Of a DNA stretch of 64,000 bases, positions 36,700-46,352 are shown in pieces. Made by a program: the position numbers and the translations under genes. The notes under the pieces are model-generated. The model was not told the DNA's origin. It was given only the letters and a program-made list of their open reading frames with translations, and did no database searches. Position 1 is the stretch's first letter, and each line of letters starts with the position of its first letter. The DNA is from Xanthobacter sp. (GTDB lineage: Bacteria; Pseudomonadota; Alphaproteobacteria; Rhizobiales; Xanthobacteraceae). The stretch is taken from assembly GCA_035911315.1 (NCBI GenBank), contig JAMHVS010000061.1, positions 103,769 through 167,768 on the forward strand. The letters run 5' to 3'.

Positions 36700-37340
36700 G
36701 AAAGGCTCCCTGTGCCGGGTTTTTCGCTGATATGCAGAATGCCCCCCTTGGGGACAGGCAGAAGCTGGCGGAAGACAAGGCCGGCCTGTGTGGCCCACCC
36801 GGTCAGGTCTTGTGCGGAGTCAAAGCGCATCCGCCGTGCCACGGGACCAAAGACCAGACGCGCCATGCTTTCCATTTCCGGAGGGGTGGTCAGGATCGCG
36901 ACTGTCGCGCCCGGTCTGGCAACGCGGGCCATTTCGCGGATGGCAGTTGCAGGGTCTGGAAAGAAGAAAAAGGCGTTCAGGCAAAAGATGCGGGTGAATT
37001 GGGCGTCCGGCAGAGGCAAATGGGCAGCATCACCTTCCAGCACATGCATTCGCCCGGCTGCAATGGCGTCAGCATGGGTCTGGCGCGTGGTGGCGAGCAT
37101 GTCCGCGCTGTGGTCAACGCCCGTGCCCTTTGCGCCGGTAGCCAGCACGTGAGACAGAAATGCCCCGCCGCCGCAGCCCACATCCAGAACATTGTCCTGC
37201 GGGGTGATGGGCATTGCATCGAGCGCGATGCGAAAGCCGGCCTGATGGCCTGTGGCATGTCGATAGAGGGTGCGTCCAAGCCACCCGGAAGGACGGCGCG
37301 CGAAGATGTCGGTGAACTGGTCCATCCAGCCGGATGTCAT
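36696..37340 (-). CDS. Class I SAM-dependent methyltransferase
   Basis: Motif I VLDVGCGGG, followed by acidic and post-I/II motifs (FTRIFCLNAFFFFPDP). Confidence 0.85.
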   Translation of the reverse strand: MTSGWMDQFTDIFARRPSGWLGRTLYRHATGHQAGFRIALDAMPITPQDNVLDVGCGGGAFLSHVLATGAKGTGVDHSADMLATTRQTHADAIAAGRMHVLEGDAAHLPLPDAQFTRIFCLNAFFFFPDPATAIREMARVARPGATVAILTTPPEMESMARLVFGPVARRMRFDSAQDLTGWATQAGLVFRQLLPVPKGGILHISEKPGTGSLS

Positions 37341-37566
37341 GGCGGTTTTCCTTGATCTTGGATGGGAATAGGCGGTTCATCAGCGTCTGGCATGCCGGAG
37401 AAACTGGTGAGCGCCCACATTCCCGGTTACATGGACCGGGTTGGGATGTGTCAGGGGTCGCAGCCGCGCGCTGCCAGCTTCAGAAGACGTTCAGCATGGC
37501 GGTTCTGGGTATCGTCGACGGAGGCGCGCAACAGATGCGGCTATCCGTTCCTTTTGCGCATGTGCC

Positions 37567-38841
37567 CTACAGATCGTGCAGGGCCGGACGGCGCATCATC
37601 CGTGCCACCAGCAGCAGGGTCAGCAGCGTCACGGCGATAACCGCACCCAGCGCGGCGCCATAACCGGAGGCAGCGGCCAGCGCGACCGCAAGGCTGCCGG
37701 ACAGCATGTCTCCGGTGACATGGGCACTTTGCAGCACGGTCATGTCTGTTCCGGCCTGTATACCGCGCGCGGCAAAGCGCATCGAGAGGGTGCCCGCCGC
37801 AACCGAGATGATGCCACCTGCTGTTCCCAGAGCAAGCGTTGCCAATGATGACAGAAGCATGTTCAGGGGCAGGAGGCCCTGCGCCAACAGTATCCAGAGC
37901 CCCATGGCGCTGATGGCCAATAACAGGCCGGCCGCGAATGTACGCCAGATTCCAAGCCGGGTGGTGAGGCGCGATCCTGCAGGTGCGCCGATGAAGATCA
38001 TGCCCAGCCCGCCGGTGGCCGCCAGCATGCCGATATCTGCCAGACTCCAGCCTGCATCCGTCAGCATCAGCCGGGACAGGCTGAGGCCAGCCGAGTGGGC
38101 CGTGCCGTATGCAAGGCTGAGCAGCAGGAGCAGAAGCACGCCTTCGCGCTTCAGTGTGTGGCGCAGCCGGGCAGGCCGTGGCTTGCTGCTGCCATACGCT
38201 GGCACGACCGGGGGCGGTTCTCGCCACAGCAGCACGGGCACAAGGCTCAGCAGGGTCACAAAGGCAAGCATGGTCAATGCCCCGGCATAGCCTGCCGTAT
38301 CTGCCACAATCAGCGCACCGGCACCGCCCAGCATGAAGCCCGCCATCATGCCCGCAGCCTGAAGGGCATTGGCCGTGACCAGCCGCGCGCCAGTCAGTGT
38401 TTCCGCAGCAAGGCCATCGGTGGCGGTGTCCTGCGTGGCAGCGGCCATCGAGCCGATGAAGAAGAGCACGATCAGCGTGAGCACATTTTCCGGCTCGGGC
38501 GAAAGCATCGCGCTGAGCAGAAGCGTGACGATGAGAATGGCCTGCATCGGCAGGATCCAGCTCCGTCGTCGTCCAAGACGCGCACCGCCGTGATTATCCA
38601 CCAGCGGGGCCCAGAGGAACTTGAAGATCCAGGGCAGGGCCGTGATCGGTAGAAGGGCGATCAGGTCCAGTGAGGCGCCGTTCTGGCGCAGCAGCACGGG
38701 CAGGGCCTCGAACAGGAAGCCCAGAGGGAGCCCCTGCGTGAGATAAAGCGCGCCGATGAGGAGAAGGCCCGGCCCCTGCGCACTGGCGGCAGGGGCAAGC
38801 GATGGGGCGGGCAAGGGGGATGTGCGCGCGGTGGCTTTCAT
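37567..38841 (-). CDS. MFS transporter, AmpG/RhtX/FptX-like (probable ferri-siderophore inner-membrane importer)
   Basis: 12-TM MFS with the N-terminus GALYLTQGLPLGFLFEALPVLLRQ and KFLWAPLVD, typical of the AmpG/RhtX family. Begins 5 nt after the TonB-dependent receptor gene. Confidence 0.8.
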   Translation of the reverse strand: MKATARTSPLPAPSLAPAASAQGPGLLLIGALYLTQGLPLGFLFEALPVLLRQNGASLDLIALLPITALPWIFKFLWAPLVDNHGGARLGRRRSWILPMQAILIVTLLLSAMLSPEPENVLTLIVLFFIGSMAAATQDTATDGLAAETLTGARLVTANALQAAGMMAGFMLGGAGALIVADTAGYAGALTMLAFVTLLSLVPVLLWREPPPVVPAYGSSKPRPARLRHTLKREGVLLLLLLSLAYGTAHSAGLSLSRLMLTDAGWSLADIGMLAATGGLGMIFIGAPAGSRLTTRLGIWRTFAAGLLLAISAMGLWILLAQGLLPLNMLLSSLATLALGTAGGIISVAAGTLSMRFAARGIQAGTDMTVLQSAHVTGDMLSGSLAVALAAASGYGAALGAVIAVTLLTLLLVARMMRRPALHDL

Positions 38842-38845
38842 GGTG

Positions 38846-41044
38846 TCACCACTTCGCCTTCACGGTCAGGCCTACCGTGCGGCCTGGTGCCGCCACGCCC
38901 ATATCCGTGCCGGAATAGAGGAAATATTGCTGGAGATAGGTTTCATCCAGCAGGTTCTTGGTCCACAGCGTGGCAGACCAGTCCTTCGCCTCCACGCCCA
39001 TGCGGGCATCCACCATATGCGTGGGGCCTTGACGGAAGAGATTGTCCGGATTGAAGGAATAGGAGCTGCGATAGTTGTAGTCGAGCACCGCGACAAAGTT
39101 CAGCTGGTCGTTGATGGGGCTTTGCCAGCGCGCGCCGGCACCCACGCTGTGGCGCGGCGCGAAGGGCAGGGGGTTGCCCGTATAGACCACGCCCAGAACG
39201 TCATCGACAAAGTCACCATAGCTGGTGTCGAGATAGCCGTAATTGGCGGAGAGTGTGAGGTTCTCGCTGATCCGCGCGGCGGATTCCAGTTCCACACCCT
39301 TGGAAGTCGAGGCCGCGGCATTTCGGATGACCCGGGTGAAGGGGCTAGTATAGATGACCACCTGCTGGTCCTGCCAGTCGATATAGAAGAAGGTGGCATT
39401 GAAGGTGAGGCGGTTGTCCAGCCATGTGGTCTTGATGCCGGCCTCATATGTATCGGTCAGTTCGGGCTGGTAGACATTGGCCGCGTTGTTGACATCCAGA
39501 AACGGGCTGATACCGCCAGACTTGAACCCCTGCGCATAGCGCGCATAGGCGATATTGCCCTCCGAGAACGTATAGATCATGGAGGCTTCGGGCGAGAGAT
39601 TGTCGAAGCTCATGTCACCGGAGTCATAGCCCGGCATGCCCATCATATAGGTGCCGCTGGGGCTGGCGGTGAAGGAGCTCGTATTCTTGGTCTCATATGT
39701 ATAGCGCAAGCCACCCACCACCTCGAGCGCCGGGATGATCTTGTATCCGACCTCCGCAAAGGCAGAGTAGGTGTTGCTGGTCTGGTCAAAGACCGTCCGG
39801 CTCCAATCGGATTGCGGCACGGCTGTGGAGTCGAAGAACTGCGCGCCGTTGAAGTTCTCGTTCATGTAGAACAGGCCGGCCATCCAGCGCAGCGGGCCAT
39901 CTGTTGTGGAGGTGAGGCGCAGATCCTGCGTGAACTGGCGCTGATGTTCGGTCTGCGCCTGCACGAGATAGGGTGCTGCCGTGAAATCACCATCCAGCTT
40001 GGTGTCCATCTCATGGCCACGATAGGCCGTGATGGAGGTGAGGCGCATGGTTTCGAAGTCATGGTCCACCCGGCCCATGATGCCGCCAATATCCATGTGG
40101 TTGGTGGGGCGGTAATCGTGCATGGCCTTGTAGTTCAGGGCCTGCGAGAGGGGCGCGTACCACAGGCCGCCATCGTTGCGGGTGCGGGAATAGTCTACGG
40201 CCAGCTTCACATGGGTTTGCGGGGCGACGTGGCCGGTCACGGTGAAGCGGGTGGCGAATGTGTTGTCGTCACCAACCTTGTCGCCATTGGCGAGATTGTC
40301 GATGTAGCCATCGTACCCGTTCCACGCCACATAGCCGCGCACGGCAAAGTCGCCCAGATTGACTGGCGCCTCAAAAGCCGCGCGCATGGTGCCGGAAGGG
40401 CCGGTGCCAAAAGAGCCTTCCACCTCCACGCCCGGCGTGCCGGATGGGTCACGGAACACCATGTTGACCGCGCCGCCAATGGTGTTCTTGCCATAGAGCG
40501 TGGCCTGTGAACCGCGGACCACTTCCAGCCGCTCGACATCCAGCAACTGGCTGGGATAGCCGAAGGGGCGGGCGATATAGACCTCATCAATGAACATGCC
40601 CACGCCGGGCTGGCGATCCACCCCGCCCGAGATGCCCAGATTGCCGACGCCGCGAATGGTGATCGGGCCGCCCTGTCCGCTAAAGACCGTATTGGGGCTG
40701 CGGAATGCCGCATCTTCCAGTGTCTCCACCCGACCCGGCCCGATGTCCTCCCGTCGGATGACCGTGACCGCAACAGGGGCATCCTGTGCCAGTTCCTCCC
40801 GTCGGCGGGCGGTTACGGTTATGGGGTCCAGCACAATGGCATCATCAGCCACCGGCAATTCCTGAAGGCTGGTGGCTTCCTGCGCATGGGCCGTGTTCTG
40901 GTGGGCCGTCATGAGGCTGCCGCCAGCCAGAAGGGCAAAGGCTGCGGCCCGGGGCAGGCGCAACGGTGAGGGGCTGTGAAGAGACATCCCAAATCCTTGA
41001 GGTCGAATTCCGGCCGGCACTGTGCGCACTGTGGTGTCGTGCAA
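38846..41044 (-). CDS. TonB-dependent outer-membrane receptor (siderophore-type)
   Basis: Signal peptide, TonB box-like DPITVTA, a plug domain, a 22-strand barrel and a C-terminal ...GLTVKAKW. The start may be the internal Met at 40987. Confidence 0.95.
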   Translation of the reverse strand: MHDTTVRTVPAGIRPQGFGMSLHSPSPLRLPRAAAFALLAGGSLMTAHQNTAHAQEATSLQELPVADDAIVLDPITVTARRREELAQDAPVAVTVIRREDIGPGRVETLEDAAFRSPNTVFSGQGGPITIRGVGNLGISGGVDRQPGVGMFIDEVYIARPFGYPSQLLDVERLEVVRGSQATLYGKNTIGGAVNMVFRDPSGTPGVEVEGSFGTGPSGTMRAAFEAPVNLGDFAVRGYVAWNGYDGYIDNLANGDKVGDDNTFATRFTVTGHVAPQTHVKLAVDYSRTRNDGGLWYAPLSQALNYKAMHDYRPTNHMDIGGIMGRVDHDFETMRLTSITAYRGHEMDTKLDGDFTAAPYLVQAQTEHQRQFTQDLRLTSTTDGPLRWMAGLFYMNENFNGAQFFDSTAVPQSDWSRTVFDQTSNTYSAFAEVGYKIIPALEVVGGLRYTYETKNTSSFTASPSGTYMMGMPGYDSGDMSFDNLSPEASMIYTFSEGNIAYARYAQGFKSGGISPFLDVNNAANVYQPELTDTYEAGIKTTWLDNRLTFNATFFYIDWQDQQVVIYTSPFTRVIRNAAASTSKGVELESAARISENLTLSANYGYLDTSYGDFVDDVLGVVYTGNPLPFAPRHSVGAGARWQSPINDQLNFVAVLDYNYRSSYSFNPDNLFRQGPTHMVDARMGVEAKDWSATLWTKNLLDETYLQQYFLYSGTDMGVAAPGRTVGLTVKAKW

Positions 41045-41112
41045 GCAATGCGTGGAGGTTTCGGATTCAGGCGTTTGAGTTTTGTGTTCCGGTTATTTCG
41101 GAATTTTGTGCA

Positions 41113-42069
41113 CTATATTGTATTATTTCTAATTAGTGCGCTTGGAGATACACCAAAACGCTGCCGAAATGCCGTTGAGAAATGCGCGGGCTGATAGCCC
41201 AGCGCACGGGCGACACGTGTGATGGAGTTCTCGCCCGCCTCAATCATCCGGCGTGCCTCATCAAGCCGGTGTGCTTTGACAAAGGCGTAAACAGATGTTC
41301 CGAACAGGTCCGAGAAACCCTCGCTGAGCTTTCGAGCATTGGTGCCGACCCGGCGGGCAAGGTCCGGCAGGCTGGGGGGCGCGGCAAGTTCTGCCAGCAG
41401 GATGGACCGTGCGCCGTGGAAGCACTCCACATCCCGGGCAGACCAGATGCGTTGACCTGCAGGGCGTGCTTGTGTTTCAGAGTGAGGATGGCTGATGGCC
41501 TCGGCCATCATCTCCATCGCCTTGCCGGAGAGGTAAAGCCGCCGGGCCGGTCCTTCCAGAGCACAGGCACGCATTTGCCATGCGATTGAACGGGCGAGCT
41601 GGGTCAGCATGCTGATCTGGATGGGCTGCTTTTCCAGAATATCCATCGCCTCGTCATCCATCAGCTTCTGGATGTCATCCGGGGCGACCCGCACGAAAAC
41701 AGCGGAAATGACCCCGTCACTCAGCGCCCGGTGGTGGGTGGGTACAGGGTCTTGCACATTGAAGCGCGTGGTGGAGCCCGCTCCCCATTTGCCGTCGATC
41801 CCGCTGCCGGTGGAGACCGCAACCTCGCCTTCCAGCACGGTGCCGAACCACAGACCCGGGGCTATGACCGTATCCCATGCCCGGCCGCATTCCGCATATG
41901 TGCTGTCCATCATCACGGTCATGCCGTAGCTGCTGATGATTTCCATGCCCCTGTCTCCTGCGCGCCGAGGCTGCAAGGTAGGGCGGCATGGGGCCATTAT
42001 CAATTCAGCGGGAACACAATGGAGATGGTCAAAACTGAAGGTGGGAGCATTCGAACGTGAGAACAGCAA
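41113..42069 (-). CDS. AraC-family transcriptional regulator (PchR-like context)
   Basis: C-terminal double HTH (LPDLARRVGTNARKLSEGF...ITRVARALGYQPAHFSTAFRQRFGVSPS). Lies immediately upstream of the receptor/MFS pair. The start is uncertain. Confidence 0.85.
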   Translation of the reverse strand: MLFSRSNAPTFSFDHLHCVPAELIMAPCRPTLQPRRAGDRGMEIISSYGMTVMMDSTYAECGRAWDTVIAPGLWFGTVLEGEVAVSTGSGIDGKWGAGSTTRFNVQDPVPTHHRALSDGVISAVFVRVAPDDIQKLMDDEAMDILEKQPIQISMLTQLARSIAWQMRACALEGPARRLYLSGKAMEMMAEAISHPHSETQARPAGQRIWSARDVECFHGARSILLAELAAPPSLPDLARRVGTNARKLSEGFSDLFGTSVYAFVKAHRLDEARRMIEAGENSITRVARALGYQPAHFSTAFRQRFGVSPSALIRNNTI

Positions 42070-42351
42070 TCCATGCCTTTAAAGGCATGTGCCGGCACAG
42101 ATGGTAACTTCGAATATGCTACAGGTCTGTTTGCTTCATCTTCTGGATCGCGCAGGGAAAACTGCACTGTCCTGGGAGGAGTTGCTATCAGAATCTGCAG
42201 GTAAAAGGGCACGCAATGAATGCTTGAGCGGCGCCCATGCGCACAGGGATCATGGACCCGCAGAAGGGGGGCCAAACTGTAGCCCTCATGGGACATCGCC
42301 CGATGAGCTGGCCCCTCACGGGCGGCCTCACCGGGCGAGTGTCTTTCGTGA

Positions 42352-44196
42352 TCAGGAACTGCGGGGCTTGCGGCCCTTGGGGGCACCTTCGAAGCGGTTC
42401 GGGCGACCCTGATCGGGCTTGCGCTTGGCCGGGCCACGGCTTGTCGACTTCGGATCACGGGGGCCGTCATAAGCAGGCTTGCCCGATGCCGGCTTGTCGC
42501 GGAAGCTTCGGCCGCGCGCTGGCTTGTCATACGGGGCCTTGCCGCGCGGTCCATTGCCACGGCCAGCATGGTCGGAACGTCCTGCTGGCGCGCCGCCTGG
42601 CAGAACCTCAATCACCACGTCAGAGCCATCCGGCTTGCGTGCGCAATCGGCGAAATGCGCGCTGGCTGTTGCGCTGACCTCGAATGCAGCCTCATCATCA
42701 AAGATGCGGATCGCGCCGATATCATCGCGGGTGACATTGCCCCGCCGACAGATCAGGGGCAGTAGCCAGCGCGGGTCTGCATTCTTGTTGCGGCCAATGT
42801 TCAGGCGGAACCATGTGCCGCCCAGAGAGCCAGAGCGCCCGCCGGGTGTGCGCTGGGTCGCGCGGTCCCGCGCACCACGCGGCTCGCCGGGGTCTGCCAC
42901 TTCTTCCGGCGCAGGCAGGCCGGCGCGGTACAGACGCACAAAGGCCGCGACCAGATGTTCTGGCGGATGCTGTTCCAGCAGGGTCTGCGCGACAGAGACT
43001 TCCTCTTCGGTCGGTTCCCCCGTCAGCATCGGGTCCTTGAGCATGCGCTCATGGTCGAGCTTGCGGATGTCGTCAGCTGTCGGCGGGCCGGACCATTCGG
43101 CGGTGACGCCCATATCCCAGAGCATGCCTTCCACGCGGCGGCGGCGGAAGGGCGGCACCAGCATGACGCTGACACCCTTGCGGCCCGCGCGTCCGGTGCG
43201 GCCGCTGCGATGCTGCAGGGTCTCGGCATCGTTCGGCGTATCGGCATGGATGACGAGGCCGAGATTCGGCAGATCGATACCGCGCGCGGCGACGTCCGTG
43301 GCCACGCAGACGCGGGCGCGGCCATCACGCAGGGCCTGAAGCGCGAAGTTGCGCTCATTCTGGCTCAGTTCGCCAGAGAGGGCGACGGCAGAAAAGAGGC
43401 GCTCCTGAAGCGTCGCCTGAAGATGGCGCACGGTTTCTCGGGTGTTGCAGAACACGATTGCGCCCGGCGCATCGTAATAGCGCAGCACATTGACGACCGC
43501 GTGCTCAACTTCCTTGGGGGTGACGCGGATGGCCCGGTATTCGATATCGGCATGGCCGCCTTCGGCGCTGGTCACCTCAAGGCGCAGCGCATCGCGCTGG
43601 TAGCGCTTGGCGAGGGCCGTGATGCCGCGCGGCAGGGTCGCGGAGAACAGCAGGCTGCGCCGCTCTGCCGGAGTTGCATCGAGCAGGAACTGGAGATCCT
43701 CGCGGAAGCCGAGGTCCAGCATCTGGTCGGCCTCGTCGAGCACGGCCACCTGCACGGCCGAAATGTCGAGCCGGCCACGCTCCAGATGGTCCCGCAGGCG
43801 ACCGGGGGTGCCAACGACGATATGGGCGCCGCGGCCAAGGGCGCGCTGCTCCTGCCGTGCATCCATGCCGCCGACGCAGGACACAACCCGCGCGCCTGTT
43901 GCGCCATAAAGCCATTCGAATTCGCGCTGGACCTGAAGCGCCAGTTCACGCGTGGGGGCGACGACCAGCGCCTGGGGAACACCGGGAGGGCCGAAGCGTT
44001 CCGCCTCTCCCAGCAGGGTATCCGCCATGGCGAGGCCATAGGCCACGGTCTTGCCAGACCCGGTCTGCGCGGACACCAGAAGGTCGCGACCAGAGGCCTC
44101 AGGGGCAAGCACCGCCAGTTGGACGGGCGTGGGGTCATTATAGTCCCGCTCTGCCAAGGCGCGGGCGAGGACCGGGTTTGTCGTCAGGAAGGGCAC
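42352..44196 (-). CDS. DEAD-box ATP-dependent RNA helicase with DbpA-type RNA-binding domain and basic C-terminal tail
   Basis: Q motif, AQTGSGKT, DEAD (VLDEADQM), SAT and HRSGRTGRAG. DbpA domain (WFRLNIGRNKNADPRWLLPLICRRG). The last ~110 aa are rich in Arg/Gly/Lys/Pro. Confidence 0.95.
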   Translation of the reverse strand: MPFLTTNPVLARALAERDYNDPTPVQLAVLAPEASGRDLLVSAQTGSGKTVAYGLAMADTLLGEAERFGPPGVPQALVVAPTRELALQVQREFEWLYGATGARVVSCVGGMDARQEQRALGRGAHIVVGTPGRLRDHLERGRLDISAVQVAVLDEADQMLDLGFREDLQFLLDATPAERRSLLFSATLPRGITALAKRYQRDALRLEVTSAEGGHADIEYRAIRVTPKEVEHAVVNVLRYYDAPGAIVFCNTRETVRHLQATLQERLFSAVALSGELSQNERNFALQALRDGRARVCVATDVAARGIDLPNLGLVIHADTPNDAETLQHRSGRTGRAGRKGVSVMLVPPFRRRRVEGMLWDMGVTAEWSGPPTADDIRKLDHERMLKDPMLTGEPTEEEVSVAQTLLEQHPPEHLVAAFVRLYRAGLPAPEEVADPGEPRGARDRATQRTPGGRSGSLGGTWFRLNIGRNKNADPRWLLPLICRRGNVTRDDIGAIRIFDDEAAFEVSATASAHFADCARKPDGSDVVIEVLPGGAPAGRSDHAGRGNGPRGKAPYDKPARGRSFRDKPASGKPAYDGPRDPKSTSRGPAKRKPDQGRPNRFEGAPKGRKPRSS

Positions 44197-44859
44197 GGCT
44201 GGTTCTGCCTATCTTACAGTGTCGTCAGGCGTCGAACGGGAGCCATCGGAAGGGTTGGTGATTTCATTTGTCATCGAATTCCGCCCCTATATCACGATCA
44301 CGGAGACATGAGCCAACGGTGAGCGCACCGCAGCAAAAGAAATTTAACCGTGGCGATCAGGGCCATTGCGCACGGGCGATAGGCGCATCTGGTGGCAGCA
44401 TCATGTCCATGGGCGAGCGAGGACTACCGAAATGCCGCAGTTCCTCATCTGCCAAGGGTCTGGCGTGTCATGTGCGGGTTTCTGGAAACGTGGGTGGCGG
44501 ATGCAGTTTTCAACAACTTTTGGAATATATTTTGATCGAATGCATCTCAGTGGTTGTATCCGGGTTGGTGTCCTGTTTGAATCGATGATTTGAAAAAAGC
44601 ATTTATAAAACAGTCTTCTGCTTGATAATTCGCATGTGTCCGGCATGTCCCCTCTTGCAGGGGAGTTGTTTCGGTGGCCTGCATTTGAATGGTTGGCTTG
44701 TTCGGGTGTGTATCGTATTTAGCGCTCTTATAGATTGTGTCGGTCTCGGCTTTCGGTGCGCAAGGGTTCGGGGGCATCGGTGGATGCCTTTGCAGGCTGT
44801 TGCATCCGACAAGACTGAACGCGCTGTCGCGACGAGCATATGAATTCAAGGGCCTTGTG

Positions 44860-46290
44860 ATGACCGATATCATTCATCCCGTTTTGCTCAGCGGTGGGAG
44901 CGGGACCCGTCTGTGGCCATTGTCACGCAAGAGCTATCCGAAGCAGTTTTCTCCGCTGATGGGGGAGGAGAGCCTGTTTCAGGCTGCGGCCTGTCGCCTG
45001 AGCGGGGCAGGTTTTGCTGCGCCCACAATTGTCACCAGCAATGATTTCCGGTTCATCGTCACGAAGCAGCTGGCAGCATCCGAGATCTCCCCGCAGGCGG
45101 TGGTGATTGAACCTGAGGGGCGCAATACCGCGCCGGCAGTGCTGGCAGCCGCTCTTCTCATTGCGCGCACCGACCCTGATGCCCTGATACTGGTTGCGCC
45201 ATCAGACCATGTGATGCCTGACTCCGCAGCGTTCCGTGCGGCCATTATGGCGGCGGTTCCGCGTGCGCGGGCCGGGGATCTGGTCACGTTTGGCATCACC
45301 CCCACCCGCGCGGAAACCGGCTATGGCTGGCTTGAGCTTGCACCCGGGGCGAGCGTGCAGGCAGCGGAACCGCAGCCGCTGGCGCGGTTCGTGGAGAAGC
45401 CGGATATCGCCAAGGCCGAGACGATGCTCGCGGCCGGGCATTTCCTCTGGAATGCGGGTATCTTTCTGTTCTCGGCACGTAGCCTGATCGCGGCCTTTGT
45501 CGCGCATGCCCCGGACGTGTTGGCCCCGGTGAGTGCGGCAGTCGAGCACGCGAAGGGCGACCTTGGCTTCATCCGTCTTGACCCCGAGGCATGGGACAAG
45601 GTGCCGGATATCTCGATTGATTATGCCATCATGGAGAAAGCCGGAAATCTGGCCGTGATGCCTTATGGGGCCGGCTGGTCAGATCTGGGTGGCTGGGAAG
45701 CCGTCTGGCAGGAGAGCGGGCCGGATCATAACGGGAATGTCTCCTCGGAGCATGCCATCGCCATCGATTGCGAGGGCACACTTCTGCGTTCCGAGTCTGA
45801 CCGGCTGGAACTGGTCGGCATCGGTCTTACGGATATTGTGGCTGTGGCCATGCCGGATGCGGTTCTGGTGGCACATCGCAGCCAGTCCCAACGGGTCAAG
45901 GATGCCGTGGCGGCCCTGAAGGCCAGAAATGTTGCGCAGGCGACCGCCTTCCCAACCGATCATCGTCCATGGGGCTGGTTTGAAAGTCTGGTCACCGGGC
46001 CGCGCTTTCAGGTGAAGCGCATTGTGGTGAAGCCCGGTGCGGCACTTTCCCTGCAGAGTCACCATCACAGGTCCGAGCACTGGATCGTGGTGGAAGGTAC
46101 GGCCAAGGTTCTGGTCGGTGACGAGGTGCGGCTGGTGACAGAGAACCAGTCCGTCTACATCCCGCTCGGGGCCAAGCACCGGATGGAGAATCCCGGCAAG
46201 GTGCCCATGGTGTTGATCGAGGTGCAGACGGGCACCTATCTCGGCGAAGACGATATCATCAGATACGAGGATATTTATGCGCGGGGTTAA
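44860..46290 (+). CDS. manC: Mannose-1-phosphate guanylyltransferase / mannose-6-phosphate isomerase (type II PMI-GMP)
   Basis: LSGGSGTRLWPLSR nucleotidyltransferase motif and a C-terminal cupin PMI domain (LSLQSHHHRSEHWIVVEGTA). The ATG at 44860 gives the canonical MTDIIHPVLL start. Confidence 0.95.
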   Translation: MTDIIHPVLLSGGSGTRLWPLSRKSYPKQFSPLMGEESLFQAAACRLSGAGFAAPTIVTSNDFRFIVTKQLAASEISPQAVVIEPEGRNTAPAVLAAALLIARTDPDALILVAPSDHVMPDSAAFRAAIMAAVPRARAGDLVTFGITPTRAETGYGWLELAPGASVQAAEPQPLARFVEKPDIAKAETMLAAGHFLWNAGIFLFSARSLIAAFVAHAPDVLAPVSAAVEHAKGDLGFIRLDPEAWDKVPDISIDYAIMEKAGNLAVMPYGAGWSDLGGWEAVWQESGPDHNGNVSSEHAIAIDCEGTLLRSESDRLELVGIGLTDIVAVAMPDAVLVAHRSQSQRVKDAVAALKARNVAQATAFPTDHRPWGWFESLVTGPRFQVKRIVVKPGAALSLQSHHHRSEHWIVVEGTAKVLVGDEVRLVTENQSVYIPLGAKHRMENPGKVPMVLIEVQTGTYLGEDDIIRYEDIYARG

Positions 46291-46352
46291 GGGGCAGGCC
46301 TTCTGGCGTATGCTTCTTCGCCGCTGATGGGCCGGGCAGGGCCGTGTCTGCC

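Noticed and set aside
38756-40510. A 584-aa plus-strand ORF overlapping the TonB-dependent receptor gene.
   Set aside because: It is antisense to a gene with an unmistakable plug/barrel signature. Its own translation is repetitive (G/A/H/R/I/V-rich) with no domain features.
41111-41139. An AT-rich palindrome, CACTAtattgtattatttctaatTAGTG, upstream of the TonB-dependent receptor gene, considered as a Fur-type iron box.
   Set aside because: It lies inside the last codons of the AraC gene, where it encodes ...LIRNNTI-stop. It matches the GATAATGATAATCATTATC consensus poorly. I cannot support it as an iron box without a matrix scan.
42000-42611. A 203-aa minus-strand ORF spanning the AraC/helicase gap.
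   Set aside because: It overlaps the 3' end of the DEAD-box helicase in another frame. The sequence is Ala/Arg/Pro-rich with no motifs.
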